Assembly (NCBI GenBank): GCA_017452665.1
Contig: JAFTLZ010000143.1
Span: 1 to 46,436, forward strand
Reading direction: 5' to 3'
From: Clostridia bacterium
GTDB lineage: Bacteria > Bacillota > Clostridia > Oscillospirales > CAG-272
DNA length: 46,436 nucleotides
The notes under the pieces were generated by a model. The model had not been told where the DNA came from. It saw only the letters and a program-made list of their open reading frames with translations, and did no database searches. Positions 25,607 through 34,984 of the stretch are shown here, in pieces (position 1 is the first letter of the stretch; each line of letters begins with the position of its first letter). Position numbers and translations under genes: made by a program.

Positions 25607-27004
25607 TCATCCGTCGGAGTGGCATCCGACTTTTCTACTTTCTTTTTGCCGGAGGACTTCCGCGGCTTTTTGTTCGTCGTCGGCGCAATGGTGATCACAT
25701 TGGAATTTTTCGGTTCTTCCCGCACCTGTGCAGAGACTTCTTTTTTTTGCTTCCGTCAGTACGTCTGCCTCGGTGGGAGACTCGTTCTGCTCTGCAGGTT
25801 CAGTCAATTCGGCATTTTGGGCTGTTTCGGTCTGTTCTGACGGTTCGGCAGCTTCGGTCGTATCACGTTCAACCGATTCTGCAACTTCCACACCTTCAAG
25901 CGTTTCCGGCGTTTCCACCGTCTCCGCGCGCTCCGTTTCCGCAATGGATTCCTCAGCCGCTAAGGTCTCCTCCGGTGCCTCTGCTTTCAAATCGGCCTCC
26001 GTCGGGATCAGATGCACAGGCTCCGATTCCAAGCTGCTGCGGCGACGCTCCCGCTTGCGTTCTTCAATGCTTTTCCCGATCAAGCAAACGCTCGCCGCCC
26101 CGGACGACCCGCACAAAAACAGCAACCGTTTCATGCGGCGCAGCATATATTCGTTCTCCACGTACAGGACAATTTTTTCGTCTGCGGGACGCGAACCGTA
26201 TCCAAACGCGCCCTTGCCCAGCTTTTTGAGCGTGTGCGGCACAAACACCTCCCGCAAATGTGGCGTATGCGCAAACGCCCACGATGAAATCTTCTGTACG
26301 CCAAGCTCCAGCGTCACCGATTCCAACCGCGTGCAACCGTCAAACGCCTTCGACCCCACCGTTTGAATATTTCCGGGGACGATTACCTCTTTCAGTGCCG
26401 AGCAATCGCGGAACGCGCCGCGCGGGATCTCCCGCAACGATGTGGGGAGGTTGATCTCCTGCAAGGAAATGCACCCGCGGAACAAATCCGGCGCGAATAC
26501 ACTCAGTGCTTCATCCGCCTCCACGCGCACAAGCTCCGTGCAATCGCGAAACGCACCCTTTCCAATCTGCGTCAGCGAGGACGGCAAAGCCAGCGTCTCT
26601 AAAGATCTGCACCCCAAAAATGCGAGCTCCCCGATGCGCTTCAGCTCTCTTCCAAACCGAACGGAGCGAAGCATCATGCAGTTTTCAAACGCACAGTCGC
26701 CAACAGCCGACAGCATCTCGCAGTTTTCCACCTCGTGCAACCGTTCGCATCCGCGAAAGACCGCAAAGGACAATCCCACGTTGTTTTCGGCTGGCAGAGT
26801 CACTTTTTTCAAGCGCTTGCATCCCACAAACGCCTCTGATTTGATGGCGGAAGTGGCAGGCGAAAGCTTCAACTCCTCCACGCGCGCCTTGCGAAATGCC
26901 TTTTTCCCAACCGCAACAAACTCCTCCTGCGAAAGATCCAGCACCGCCTCCGCAGTTCTGCACCGCGTCAACTGCCATTTTTTGATTTTGGTCACGGGTT
27001 TCAT
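25607..27004 (-). CDS. BspA-type LRR protein with an acidic low-complexity C-terminus. The frame is interrupted at an A8 tract, and the ORF probably continues to 25450.
   Basis: LRR units (..AF..C..L..V.LP). ATG 27004 (ORF-track start 27025 is a TTG). Removing one A at 25741-25748 joins this ORF to 25450..25725. Confidence 0.8.
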   Translation of the reverse strand: MKPVTKIKKWQLTRCRTAEAVLDLSQEEFVAVGKKAFRKARVEELKLSPATSAIKSEAFVGCKRLKKVTLPAENNVGLSFAVFRGCERLHEVENCEMLSAVGDCAFENCMMLRSVRFGRELKRIGELAFLGCRSLETLALPSSLTQIGKGAFRDCTELVRVEADEALSVFAPDLFRGCISLQEINLPTSLREIPRGAFRDCSALKEVIVPGNIQTVGSKAFDGCTRLESVTLELGVQKISSWAFAHTPHLREVFVPHTLKKLGKGAFGYGSRPADEKIVLYVENEYMLRRMKRLLFLCGSSGAASVCLIGKSIEERKRERRRSSLESEPVHLIPTEADLKAEAPEETLAAEESIAETERAETVETPETLEGVEVAESVERDTTEAAEPSEQTETAQNAELTEPAEQNESPTEADVLTEAKKRSLCTGAGRTEKFQCDHHCADDEQKAAEVLRQKESRKVGCHSDG

Positions 27005-27071
27005 TCCTTCATTCCCCTTCTGCAATGATGATTTGATACGCCGATTTTATGCGTACAATGCTTTTTACTGA

Positions 27072-27818
27072 TTATTCACGCTTTTCCAGCCCAGTAAACG
27101 GCTCCGTGCGCAAAAACGCATCGGTGCAAACGGTGCCGTTCTCGTCCACGGTGCGAAACAGGTATCCATCCTCGGTCTCCATGCGATACACCTTCAGCAC
27201 GTGCCCATAGGACGCCTCGTGCAAAAATGAGAACATCATCCCCGTCACACTTTTGCCGCAAATATCGGGCGTGTAGTCGCAAAACAAATCCGGATAATGC
27301 GTGTTGTTCATGTGTCCGTTGTAATCAATATCCGAATAAACGATCTGCCGCTCGCCCGCCAGCTCCATGTGCTCCAACGCAGGCACGCGCAAACGCTTTG
27401 GCAAGGTCACCAGCTGCAAATTGTTTTCCGGCTCTATGTGAAACGGCTCCTCCTCGGCTTTCAGTAAGCGGTGCGTATTCAGATCCAACAGCGCCCAAAC
27501 CGACGCCGCCTCTGCCACCACCTGCCCGTTGCGCAAAATGCAAAAGCAACGGTTGTAGCTGAGTCCCCTTCCCTCACAAACCCAGGTCTGCACGTCAATC
27601 TCATCGTATGCGTACAACGCGTCGTAAATGCAGATCGAGATACTGCTCAGCAAAAAAGCCAAGCCCTTGGTGTCGCGCATCTCATCCAAGGACATCGCCT
27701 CGTGGCTGAAATGTGCACCGGCAGTTTCCTGCATATACATCAAAAGCTGTGCCGGCCGCACCCGGCGATTGACGTCGGTATCATGCCATTTTACGGTATA
27801 ATGCTGTGTAAATTTCAT
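27072..27818 (-). CDS. Acyl-ACP thioesterase.
   Basis: Double hot-dog pattern: N-terminal ..YTVKWHDTDVNRRVRPAQLLMYMQE.. and second half ..IVYSDIDYNGHMNNTHY. ATG 27818 follows GGAAAGGA. The ORF-track start is a TTG. Confidence 0.8.
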   Translation of the reverse strand: MKFTQHYTVKWHDTDVNRRVRPAQLLMYMQETAGAHFSHEAMSLDEMRDTKGLAFLLSSISICIYDALYAYDEIDVQTWVCEGRGLSYNRCFCILRNGQVVAEAASVWALLDLNTHRLLKAEEEPFHIEPENNLQLVTLPKRLRVPALEHMELAGERQIVYSDIDYNGHMNNTHYPDLFCDYTPDICGKSVTGMMFSFLHEASYGHVLKVYRMETEDGYLFRTVDENGTVCTDAFLRTEPFTGLEKRE

Positions 27819-27860
27819 GCTGTTCCTTTCCAATCCAAAATCGGTTCAAAGATGTGCGAA

Positions 27861-27888
27861 GGGGAAAACCTCTTGCGAAGTTTTCCCC
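27861..27888 (-). terminator. Hairpin downstream of the giant surface-protein gene.
   Basis: GGGGAAAAC (27861-27869) pairs with GTTTTCCCC (27880-27888). Only a weak T-tract follows on the minus strand. Confidence 0.45.
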
Positions 27889-27920
27889 GGTGCACAAATC
27901 AATCGTAAAAACGATCAGCT

Positions 27921-30900
27921 TTATTTGTCGTTCTGGTCATCCGTTTCGGTAGCATCGTCAGCCACTGCATCCTCTGCGGGAGCAGCCTCCTCAGTGCAAT
28001 CCTCTGCGGCAACCTCTTCGGTTGCAGATGCTTCAGCGGGAGCTTCCTCTGTTACAGCAACCTCCTCGGCAGCTTCTGCAGGAACTTCTGCAGTTGCTTC
28101 TTCGGCAACTTCCTCAGTAGCTGCTTCAGCAGATTCTTCGGCAACTGCTTCGGCAGATTCATCTGCTGCTTCTGCAACAGCCTCATCGGTATTTTCCTCT
28201 GCAACAGCCTCGTCAGCAGGTGCTTCTGCAGACTCCTCGGCAGCTACATCGGTAGCTTCTTCAGCAGTTTCCTCCTCAACGGGGGCAGCCTCTTCCGCAA
28301 CAGCACTTTCTTCCGCAGGAACTGCTTCGGGTTCTGCTTCGGGTTCTTCCTCTGCAAGCAGATCCTCCTCGCGATATCCGAAGAAGCGTGCAATCGCAAG
28401 ACCCGCAGCGGCAACTGCCATGCATACGGCAAAGAAGCCGGAAACCAACCAGGTTACAAAGCGCAGGATGAAGTTGGGCTTCAACTTACCGTTGATGTAA
28501 AGCACGTACAGCACCACGATCACAAGAATTACAAGCAGTACGATCAAAACGATCCACAGTGCCAACAAAGAGGGCTCCTCTTTGTTTTCAAATTCCATGG
28601 AGGCAAAGAGCAGGTTCTTGGAAACAACTGCGCTCCAGCCCTTTACGTGCACGTTTGCGGATGCAACCGATTCTTCTGCGGCGGAGGTGGTTGCGTATGC
28701 CTTACCGTTCATGATGTAAAGCAGATTGTACTTCAGGGCAACCAGATGATCCTCAAATACCTTCACCAAAGCACTTTCGTCGGTTTCGGCGGTCAGCGTA
28801 TAAGCGTAAGTCAGAATCAGATCACCGTTTGCATTGGTCGTAGATCCAACCAGCTCCCAGCCTTCCACGTTCTGTGCCAGCGCATAGCCGCACGGAATGG
28901 TTACCGTAAACTGATTGATGTCACCGTAGTGACCAAGCTTTGTTTCGCCGTTCTCATCAATGTAAGAGATTTCCTTTGCCTCATACACAACCTCAACGGT
29001 CACATTGGAGGCAGGCATCGTAAAGTATGCATAGTAGCAAGAAGTACCGTCGCTATACTTGTGTTCTTCCAACGTCAGCTTGGTAGCCACGCCGGTCGCG
29101 TCGGTCATCGTCACCGTTGTGTTCATACCTGCCTTGTAGGTAATCTCAACGCATACCCGATCGCCGGCAACAATTGTAGCACTTCTCTCGTTCAGGAATG
29201 CATCTGTCACATTGCTGTCAAAATCAACAATCACGATATCGGGACCGGTCGTTGCGATATAAGCGCGGTTGGTAAATATTGCGTACAAATCAATCTTTCC
29301 GCCGTCAACCAGCACGCCGTTCCAGTTGATCTCGGAGAGCTTTGTACCGTTTGCATCTACCCAGTAACCAACCTTGCCGTCAAACAGGGAGGAAACGGTG
29401 GGAAGCGTGGAAAGCTCAGCCTTCCAAGCGCTCACGCTCTTGGTGATAGAAGTCTTCGGAGCTGCCGCATCCTTGTTCTCGTAGAGGTTGACAGTCACCT
29501 GCGTGGTATCGGAACCGTCACCCTTCACCAGGAACACGTACAAATCCTTGTTGTAGAGCATTGCGTTCAGCTCGGTCTGGTTCTGTCCCAAACCGCTCCA
29601 ATGCCAGCCATCCTTGCCCGCGGGCAGCTTGCTGAGCTCTGTGTACTGAGGAGCAGCTGCATCAAACTTGGTATAGGATACGGTATTGGTCAGCTTGTTA
29701 TCTACATAGAAGTAAATATGATAGATTGCGGGAGTTGCCACGTGCGTCAAGGTGACTGCGTGTGCAGGCATGGTAAAGGTTTCGCCCAGCTTACCGCTAA
29801 CATCACCGTAAGCGTAACGGGTTTCAACCAAGGTCAAGCCGCTTGCCACATCGGTAGGCGCCGTGCAAGTCAGGCTCTCGCCCTCTGCATAGTAGCCTGC
29901 CGCAATGGGAGAAGATGCAATCGGGGTTGTGCTCGTCTGTGTCTTTTCAGCACCGTTCAAAACCAGAACGTAATTGTTGTTCAGGCTCAGATTGTACTTG
30001 GTTACAACTGCATACTCGGAGAAGTGCGGTGCGTCAAAGGTTACGCAATCCGTACCAATACCGGCATTTGCATCCAAAGCAACATCCACGCGCACGCCGT
30101 CGGTAATCGTAGAAACAGCGGTCATCTTTTCGGAGGTCTGCACCGTTGCACCGGCGTAAGGCACGGTCACGGTAATCTTTTCGCCGTTTGCAAAGGTCAT
30201 CGAGGTCTCGCTGTCAGCGCTATCATAATAGAAGCCAACCGTAAAGTAGCTTGCTTCCTGATAGCCAAAGGTCTCCTTCAAATCAACAGCATCGGTGTAC
30301 TTCAAGGATACGGTATCATACGCATCTGCACCGTTCAGCTTGGTCAAAACAGCTGCATTCATGCTGATCTTGTGTGCGCTGACCGCAGAATCCATAACTA
30401 CGGAACCCGTCCAGCCGTTCACAAAGCGGTTTTCCATCACCAGCTCAAGCGGCTTGCCCTCAAGCTTGGTGCGAATCAGCTCGGACCAATCCTTCAGGAA
30501 AGTAACCGTATACGCATCATCGGTAATGGTGATGATGTAATCCTCGCCGTAAACCAGACCTGCTGCGCGCAATGCGGAGTTGTGCAGATCCTCGGTAATT
30601 TTCCAAGTCAGCGTTACGTTGCTGTTGATCTTTTCGTTTTCAAGATCAAACGCAGCGCCGCTCAAGGTTACCCAAGTGTGATTATAACTATAGAAGAAAT
30701 GCTCATCATATTCCACGTGTGCATCCAGATCAGCCACAAAGGATTCCCAAGTGTAGCCCTTAGACTCCACATACTCCTTCAGGGTCATACCCTTGGTTAC
30801 GTCCTCAACAACGTATACAACAGTACCGTCGGGAGATACAAACGTCACATCATACGTAGGAATGGGTTCGGGCGGGATCACAAATTCGCCGTCCGGTGTA

Positions 30901-33900
30901 ACACCAAGATCCTTTGCAGGCATCGTGGTCAGCACATCGCCGGTCATCGTATCCTTCCAGTAGCCCGTAGCGGTAAATACTTCGGGATCGGGAGCGTAGG
31001 AATAGATCATCGAAAGATCGGTTCCCACCGGCAGATATGCGGTGTAAAGCAAATTGCCTTTCTCGTTCAAGTAGTTGACGCGGTACAAGCCGTTCACACG
31101 GATAGATGCATCCAAGCCAAGGTTCACAGCGTCGTCCGAGAAATAGGACAAAACGTAGTCGGTCACGTCACTCAAATCGTAACCAAAGCGGTTAGAAATC
31201 ACCGAAACCAGCTTGTTGATGGCTTTTTCTGCCCAAGCCTTGGGATAAAACTCGGTATAAACGTCACCGCCAAAGGTGCCGTTGCCCTCGTACAAATCGC
31301 TCAGAGTGTACTGATTGAGCTTTTGACCGTAAGAAGTGGACAGAATCACGTTCAATGCTTTTACAACAATTTTCTTCAGTGTCACGTAATACCGATCCAT
31401 GGTAGAAATCTTATCCAGAACCGCGTCGTACAGATACTGTACGGGATCCTCGGATGCAGCCGCCGCGGTCAGCACATTCTTCATGTCAAATGCGGTGCTT
31501 GCCTTGTCTACCAGCTTCGAGAAGATCTCTGCAATTTCCTGGTCAAAAATGTTCTGTGCGGAAGCAGGCAGTCTGGAAAGGATCTCCACACCGGTTACCG
31601 CTTCGATCTTTTCGCAAATGGTGGTCATGGTGGGAAGAGCAGTTGCCTTCAGCTCCAGATCCTCCAGCGTCAGATGCGTGAAATCGTATCCGGTTTTTTC
31701 CTTAATATAATTAACTGCCGTATTCAAACGCTGATTGTTCAAGCGATTGAGAATATCCTCGCCGGTAATCTCATAAATTCTGTCGCAGATATCTACAAGA
31801 GACGGCAGAGTAGAAGCTTTGGTGATCCAGTCATCGAGATCCAAATGCGTAAAGTCGCGTCCGGTTGCTTCCTTAATATATTCCAGCACCGTGGAAATGT
31901 AGCGCGCACCCAGCACGCGATTGTATGCGTTATTGATATCGGCGGAATCCACCTTATCAAGAATCGCAACGATCTGCTCCAGCGTCAAGTTGTTTACAAA
32001 CTCGTTAATGTCGGTAATGTTTGCGTGGTAAGCACCCAAAACCTCGTCTCTAACGGTGGGGTTTTCCAACAGCTTCTTCAAAACCGAAGCAACCTCGCTC
32101 GGCAAAGTTACGTCCAGCGTCAGCGTACCGTTTTCGTAGCTGTAGTCAAGAACCTTATCAATCAGGCTCTGCAGCTTGGAGGCTACCTTCTTAACGGTAT
32201 CCACACCGCCGTCAAGCACAATCTTTACAGTAACATTCTTAGTCATGGGAATATTTCCGGTTCCCTCAGACTGATATGTAATTCCCAAAGAGGTCGTCAA
32301 AACCACACCGTCGGAACCGATGTTTGCCAGCTCGTTGAGCGTGGGAACCACGGTTGCGATTGCCTTGATCAGATTATTGGAATTGATGGTCAAAAGAGAG
32401 AACTCGTCAGCCTCGGCAACAACGTAGCCGTTGAGCACAAGCTGATCAATATTGTTCTCCACGCAAGCCACAATCGCCGCCATATATCCGGCATAGTCCT
32501 TGGGGTTCAGCATTTTCAGCAATGCCTGAACACCGCCGTTTGCGTAGAACTGCTGTGCAACTGCCTTAATATCAACCAGCTCCAACAGCTTTTCAACGCC
32601 GATCGCTTCGATCAAACCGTTGACATCGAAAATAGAATTCAGTTTGCCGTCCGCAACAATCTCATTGAGGATGGAATCAAGTCCCAGTTTCTCAATCAAA
32701 CCGTTGAAATCGGAAACGTAAGTATTCAAAAGCTTTTCATAGCCGCCGATCGCATTGACCGCCTTGGTCACGCCGATCGTCTTGATTGCAGCCGCCTTAT
32801 CGGGAATGCAATCCACCAACAGCTGCTTATTTTGTACTGCATTGAGCTGGCTTTCCAGCGTGCTCATCAAAATCAGATTCTCATAAGAGTAATCCTTGGT
32901 CAAGCCGCCCTCGCCGTCCAGATTGACGATGCCCTCGCGAACGAGCTGCGTAGGATCTACTACATTATAAGAAATCAAAAGCTCCACGCCTGCCAGCGCA
33001 GGAATATCGTTGGTAGGATCGCTATCGTTCCTGTCGTCACCGACCACGATGGTCTCCACCTTCAAAAGCTTGTTTGCAATCAGGTCGGCAATGGGAAGAA
33101 TCGGATCAGAACCGGAAACCATCGCAGTGGTATCCAACACATCACCGTTCAACAGTTCGGGAACGGTAAACAAAGGATCAATACCGTTTGCCGCGTCACC
33201 GGAAACAACCAGGTCCGCGTCAATCGCGCCGGTCTGCTCATCCAGCAGCTGCTCAACCGTAAACAGCGCATCAATGCCGTTTGCGGAATCTCCCGCTAGC
33301 ATCAGCTGCACGTCAACGGTACCGTCTGCCTTCAGGTCTTGAACCGTGTACAAAGCATTGGAACCAACCAGCATCGCGGTCGTGTTCAGGTAACCGTTGT
33401 TTACCATTTTGTTATATACATCATTGGACACAACACCGTTCGTAATGGTAGCGCCTACGTTTACGGTAAGGTCCGCATTCAGTACGATATCACTCGGGTC
33501 GATCTCTGCAAGGAACAAATCCTGCACCTTAGCCATATCCACGATGTAGCCTTCCAGTACGGAATATTCCAAACCTGCAACCTTTGCAACCAGCTTATCT
33601 ACGTCCAGATAAGGCTTCAGGTCATTGTAGGTTTTACCGGAGAACATTGCCTGCAGCTTTGCATCGTCCACATACTGATCCAACAGATCAGTCTTGGTTT
33701 CTGCAAGTGCCTGCAGATTTGCATCGATTACGTAATCCAACAGCTCTGCGGGCTTGTAGTTCGCACGAACGTAAGCCTCCAAAGCGTCGATATCCACGTA
33801 ATTGTCGTTGACATCCGACAGATCGATCTCGTTTTTGATCAGCGTTTCCATATTGGTCTTGTTCAGATAATTGGAATTTGCCAATCCTTCAATATCCACG

Positions 33901-34610
33901 TACTTTTCAACCAGGTTGCTGTAGCCAACCGTGTTTTTGATGTACTCCATATTGATCAGCGCCGCCAGATCAACACCGGGAACGTCCAAAAGCTTATCAA
34001 CATCAACGATGTCCAGCAGATTGCCGGAATCCATCGCCAGATCCACCAGCTTGGTGATATTGTCTGCGATCAGACGATCGGTATCGATCAAAGACTTGCC
34101 GGTTACGGGATCGGGATCCAGAATTGCCGCAATATCGTCCTCGTCGATGTAGCTCATCAGCGCGTCGTAGTCGGTTACGTAGTCCTGCAGATTGTCAAGC
34201 TCTTTGATCATACTGATCAAAGCATCCCGATCAATATCCTCCAAGAGTGCGTTTACATCCACATAAGAGATCAGCGTTTCAACATCCAAGTCGTCAATGA
34301 TCGCTTTGATCAGCGACGTAAATTTCTCTTTCGGGATGATATCATACAGATCCTCCACCGAAAAAGCGTCTCTCATGCCATCTACCGTGATTCCGGAGGT
34401 CAGCAAACCGACAAGGTCTGCATCCTGGAGGTAGGAAAGCAAAGCCTTCGCATCCAGCGTTACGGTAACGTCGGTCGACGTCACGTTGCCGGAGGTGGAG
34501 GTATCCGCATCCACATCCAACCACTCGTCCGCAAAGACACTCATCGGCAAAAGAGCCAGAACAGTGACCAGCGTCAGAAGCATGGCAAGAACTCTGTTGA
34601 AAATTTTCAT
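27921..34610 (-). CDS. Giant (2,229 aa) secreted, membrane-tethered surface protein of unknown function.
   Basis: ATG 34610 follows GAGG. Sec signal MKIFNRVLAMLLTLVTVLALLPMSVFA. Internal repeats. Two C-terminal TM helices and a ~190-aa E/A-rich tail. No LPXTG motif. Confidence 0.85.
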   Translation of the reverse strand: MKIFNRVLAMLLTLVTVLALLPMSVFADEWLDVDADTSTSGNVTSTDVTVTLDAKALLSYLQDADLVGLLTSGITVDGMRDAFSVEDLYDIIPKEKFTSLIKAIIDDLDVETLISYVDVNALLEDIDRDALISMIKELDNLQDYVTDYDALMSYIDEDDIAAILDPDPVTGKSLIDTDRLIADNITKLVDLAMDSGNLLDIVDVDKLLDVPGVDLAALINMEYIKNTVGYSNLVEKYVDIEGLANSNYLNKTNMETLIKNEIDLSDVNDNYVDIDALEAYVRANYKPAELLDYVIDANLQALAETKTDLLDQYVDDAKLQAMFSGKTYNDLKPYLDVDKLVAKVAGLEYSVLEGYIVDMAKVQDLFLAEIDPSDIVLNADLTVNVGATITNGVVSNDVYNKMVNNGYLNTTAMLVGSNALYTVQDLKADGTVDVQLMLAGDSANGIDALFTVEQLLDEQTGAIDADLVVSGDAANGIDPLFTVPELLNGDVLDTTAMVSGSDPILPIADLIANKLLKVETIVVGDDRNDSDPTNDIPALAGVELLISYNVVDPTQLVREGIVNLDGEGGLTKDYSYENLILMSTLESQLNAVQNKQLLVDCIPDKAAAIKTIGVTKAVNAIGGYEKLLNTYVSDFNGLIEKLGLDSILNEIVADGKLNSIFDVNGLIEAIGVEKLLELVDIKAVAQQFYANGGVQALLKMLNPKDYAGYMAAIVACVENNIDQLVLNGYVVAEADEFSLLTINSNNLIKAIATVVPTLNELANIGSDGVVLTTSLGITYQSEGTGNIPMTKNVTVKIVLDGGVDTVKKVASKLQSLIDKVLDYSYENGTLTLDVTLPSEVASVLKKLLENPTVRDEVLGAYHANITDINEFVNNLTLEQIVAILDKVDSADINNAYNRVLGARYISTVLEYIKEATGRDFTHLDLDDWITKASTLPSLVDICDRIYEITGEDILNRLNNQRLNTAVNYIKEKTGYDFTHLTLEDLELKATALPTMTTICEKIEAVTGVEILSRLPASAQNIFDQEIAEIFSKLVDKASTAFDMKNVLTAAAASEDPVQYLYDAVLDKISTMDRYYVTLKKIVVKALNVILSTSYGQKLNQYTLSDLYEGNGTFGGDVYTEFYPKAWAEKAINKLVSVISNRFGYDLSDVTDYVLSYFSDDAVNLGLDASIRVNGLYRVNYLNEKGNLLYTAYLPVGTDLSMIYSYAPDPEVFTATGYWKDTMTGDVLTTMPAKDLGVTPDGEFVIPPEPIPTYDVTFVSPDGTVVYVVEDVTKGMTLKEYVESKGYTWESFVADLDAHVEYDEHFFYSYNHTWVTLSGAAFDLENEKINSNVTLTWKITEDLHNSALRAAGLVYGEDYIITITDDAYTVTFLKDWSELIRTKLEGKPLELVMENRFVNGWTGSVVMDSAVSAHKISMNAAVLTKLNGADAYDTVSLKYTDAVDLKETFGYQEASYFTVGFYYDSADSETSMTFANGEKITVTVPYAGATVQTSEKMTAVSTITDGVRVDVALDANAGIGTDCVTFDAPHFSEYAVVTKYNLSLNNNYVLVLNGAEKTQTSTTPIASSPIAAGYYAEGESLTCTAPTDVASGLTLVETRYAYGDVSGKLGETFTMPAHAVTLTHVATPAIYHIYFYVDNKLTNTVSYTKFDAAAPQYTELSKLPAGKDGWHWSGLGQNQTELNAMLYNKDLYVFLVKGDGSDTTQVTVNLYENKDAAAPKTSITKSVSAWKAELSTLPTVSSLFDGKVGYWVDANGTKLSEINWNGVLVDGGKIDLYAIFTNRAYIATTGPDIVIVDFDSNVTDAFLNERSATIVAGDRVCVEITYKAGMNTTVTMTDATGVATKLTLEEHKYSDGTSCYYAYFTMPASNVTVEVVYEAKEISYIDENGETKLGHYGDINQFTVTIPCGYALAQNVEGWELVGSTTNANGDLILTYAYTLTAETDESALVKVFEDHLVALKYNLLYIMNGKAYATTSAAEESVASANVHVKGWSAVVSKNLLFASMEFENKEEPSLLALWIVLIVLLVILVIVVLYVLYINGKLKPNFILRFVTWLVSGFFAVCMAVAAAGLAIARFFGYREEDLLAEEEPEAEPEAVPAEESAVAEEAAPVEEETAEEATDVAAEESAEAPADEAVAEENTDEAVAEAADESAEAVAEESAEAATEEVAEEATAEVPAEAAEEVAVTEEAPAEASATEEVAAEDCTEEAAPAEDAVADDATETDDQNDK

Positions 34611-34739
34611 AACAAAACCTCGCTTTGTTTCAGATTCCGTCTTGAAATTGACGGTCAATGGTTTGTCATTTGGCAAATTTCCCGCCGCCTTCTTTGATAA
34701 AAAGCCGACGAGGGCATAAAAATGCCTATACATATAAAT

Positions 34740-34768
34740 ATAATACCATCAAATCCTCAAAATGTCAA
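34740..34768 (-). promoter_or_regulatory. Sigma-A type promoter for the giant gene.
   Basis: Minus-strand TTGACA (34768-34763), 17-nt spacer, TATTAT (34745-34740), preceded by TGg. This implies a ~130-nt leader. Confidence 0.5.
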
Positions 34769-34984
34769 TAGCAAATTGATACTTTTTTCATTTTTTTGGA
34801 GAGAATTTTGTAATTTTTTCTTGCTTCAAATCGAATGTGTGTTCCTTTTTTCGCAGTCCAAGCCCCTCTCATTGGCACAAAGTGGCACAAAACCCGCTTT
34901 TTTGGGGTACTTTTTACACCAAATTTGCACCAAAATTGAGGAAAACTTACCGAATTGGAACAAAATAAAACAGATTTGAGAGGC

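Noticed and set aside
25450-25725. A 91-aa ORF that could be called as an independent small basic/acidic protein.
   Set aside because: It has no RBS of its own. It is the +1 continuation of the upstream LRR ORF across an A8 tract and shares its composition. I treat it as part of that gene (see finding).
28647-33299. A 1,550-codon open frame on the plus strand, antisense to the giant gene. Similar long shadow ORFs occur at 33339..34697, 3333..4541, 38713..39801, 8098..8859, 9666..10376, 20136..21101, 18077..19234 and 41002..41571.
   Set aside because: Every one of these is in the codon-aligned antisense frame of a well-supported gene; I checked that coordinate differences are multiples of 3. 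In that frame an antisense stop requires a sense TTA, CTA or TCA codon, and this GC-biased genome evidently avoids those. The translated products are low-complexity and Cys/Arg/His-rich and lack RBSs. This is a codon-usage artefact, not overlapping genes.
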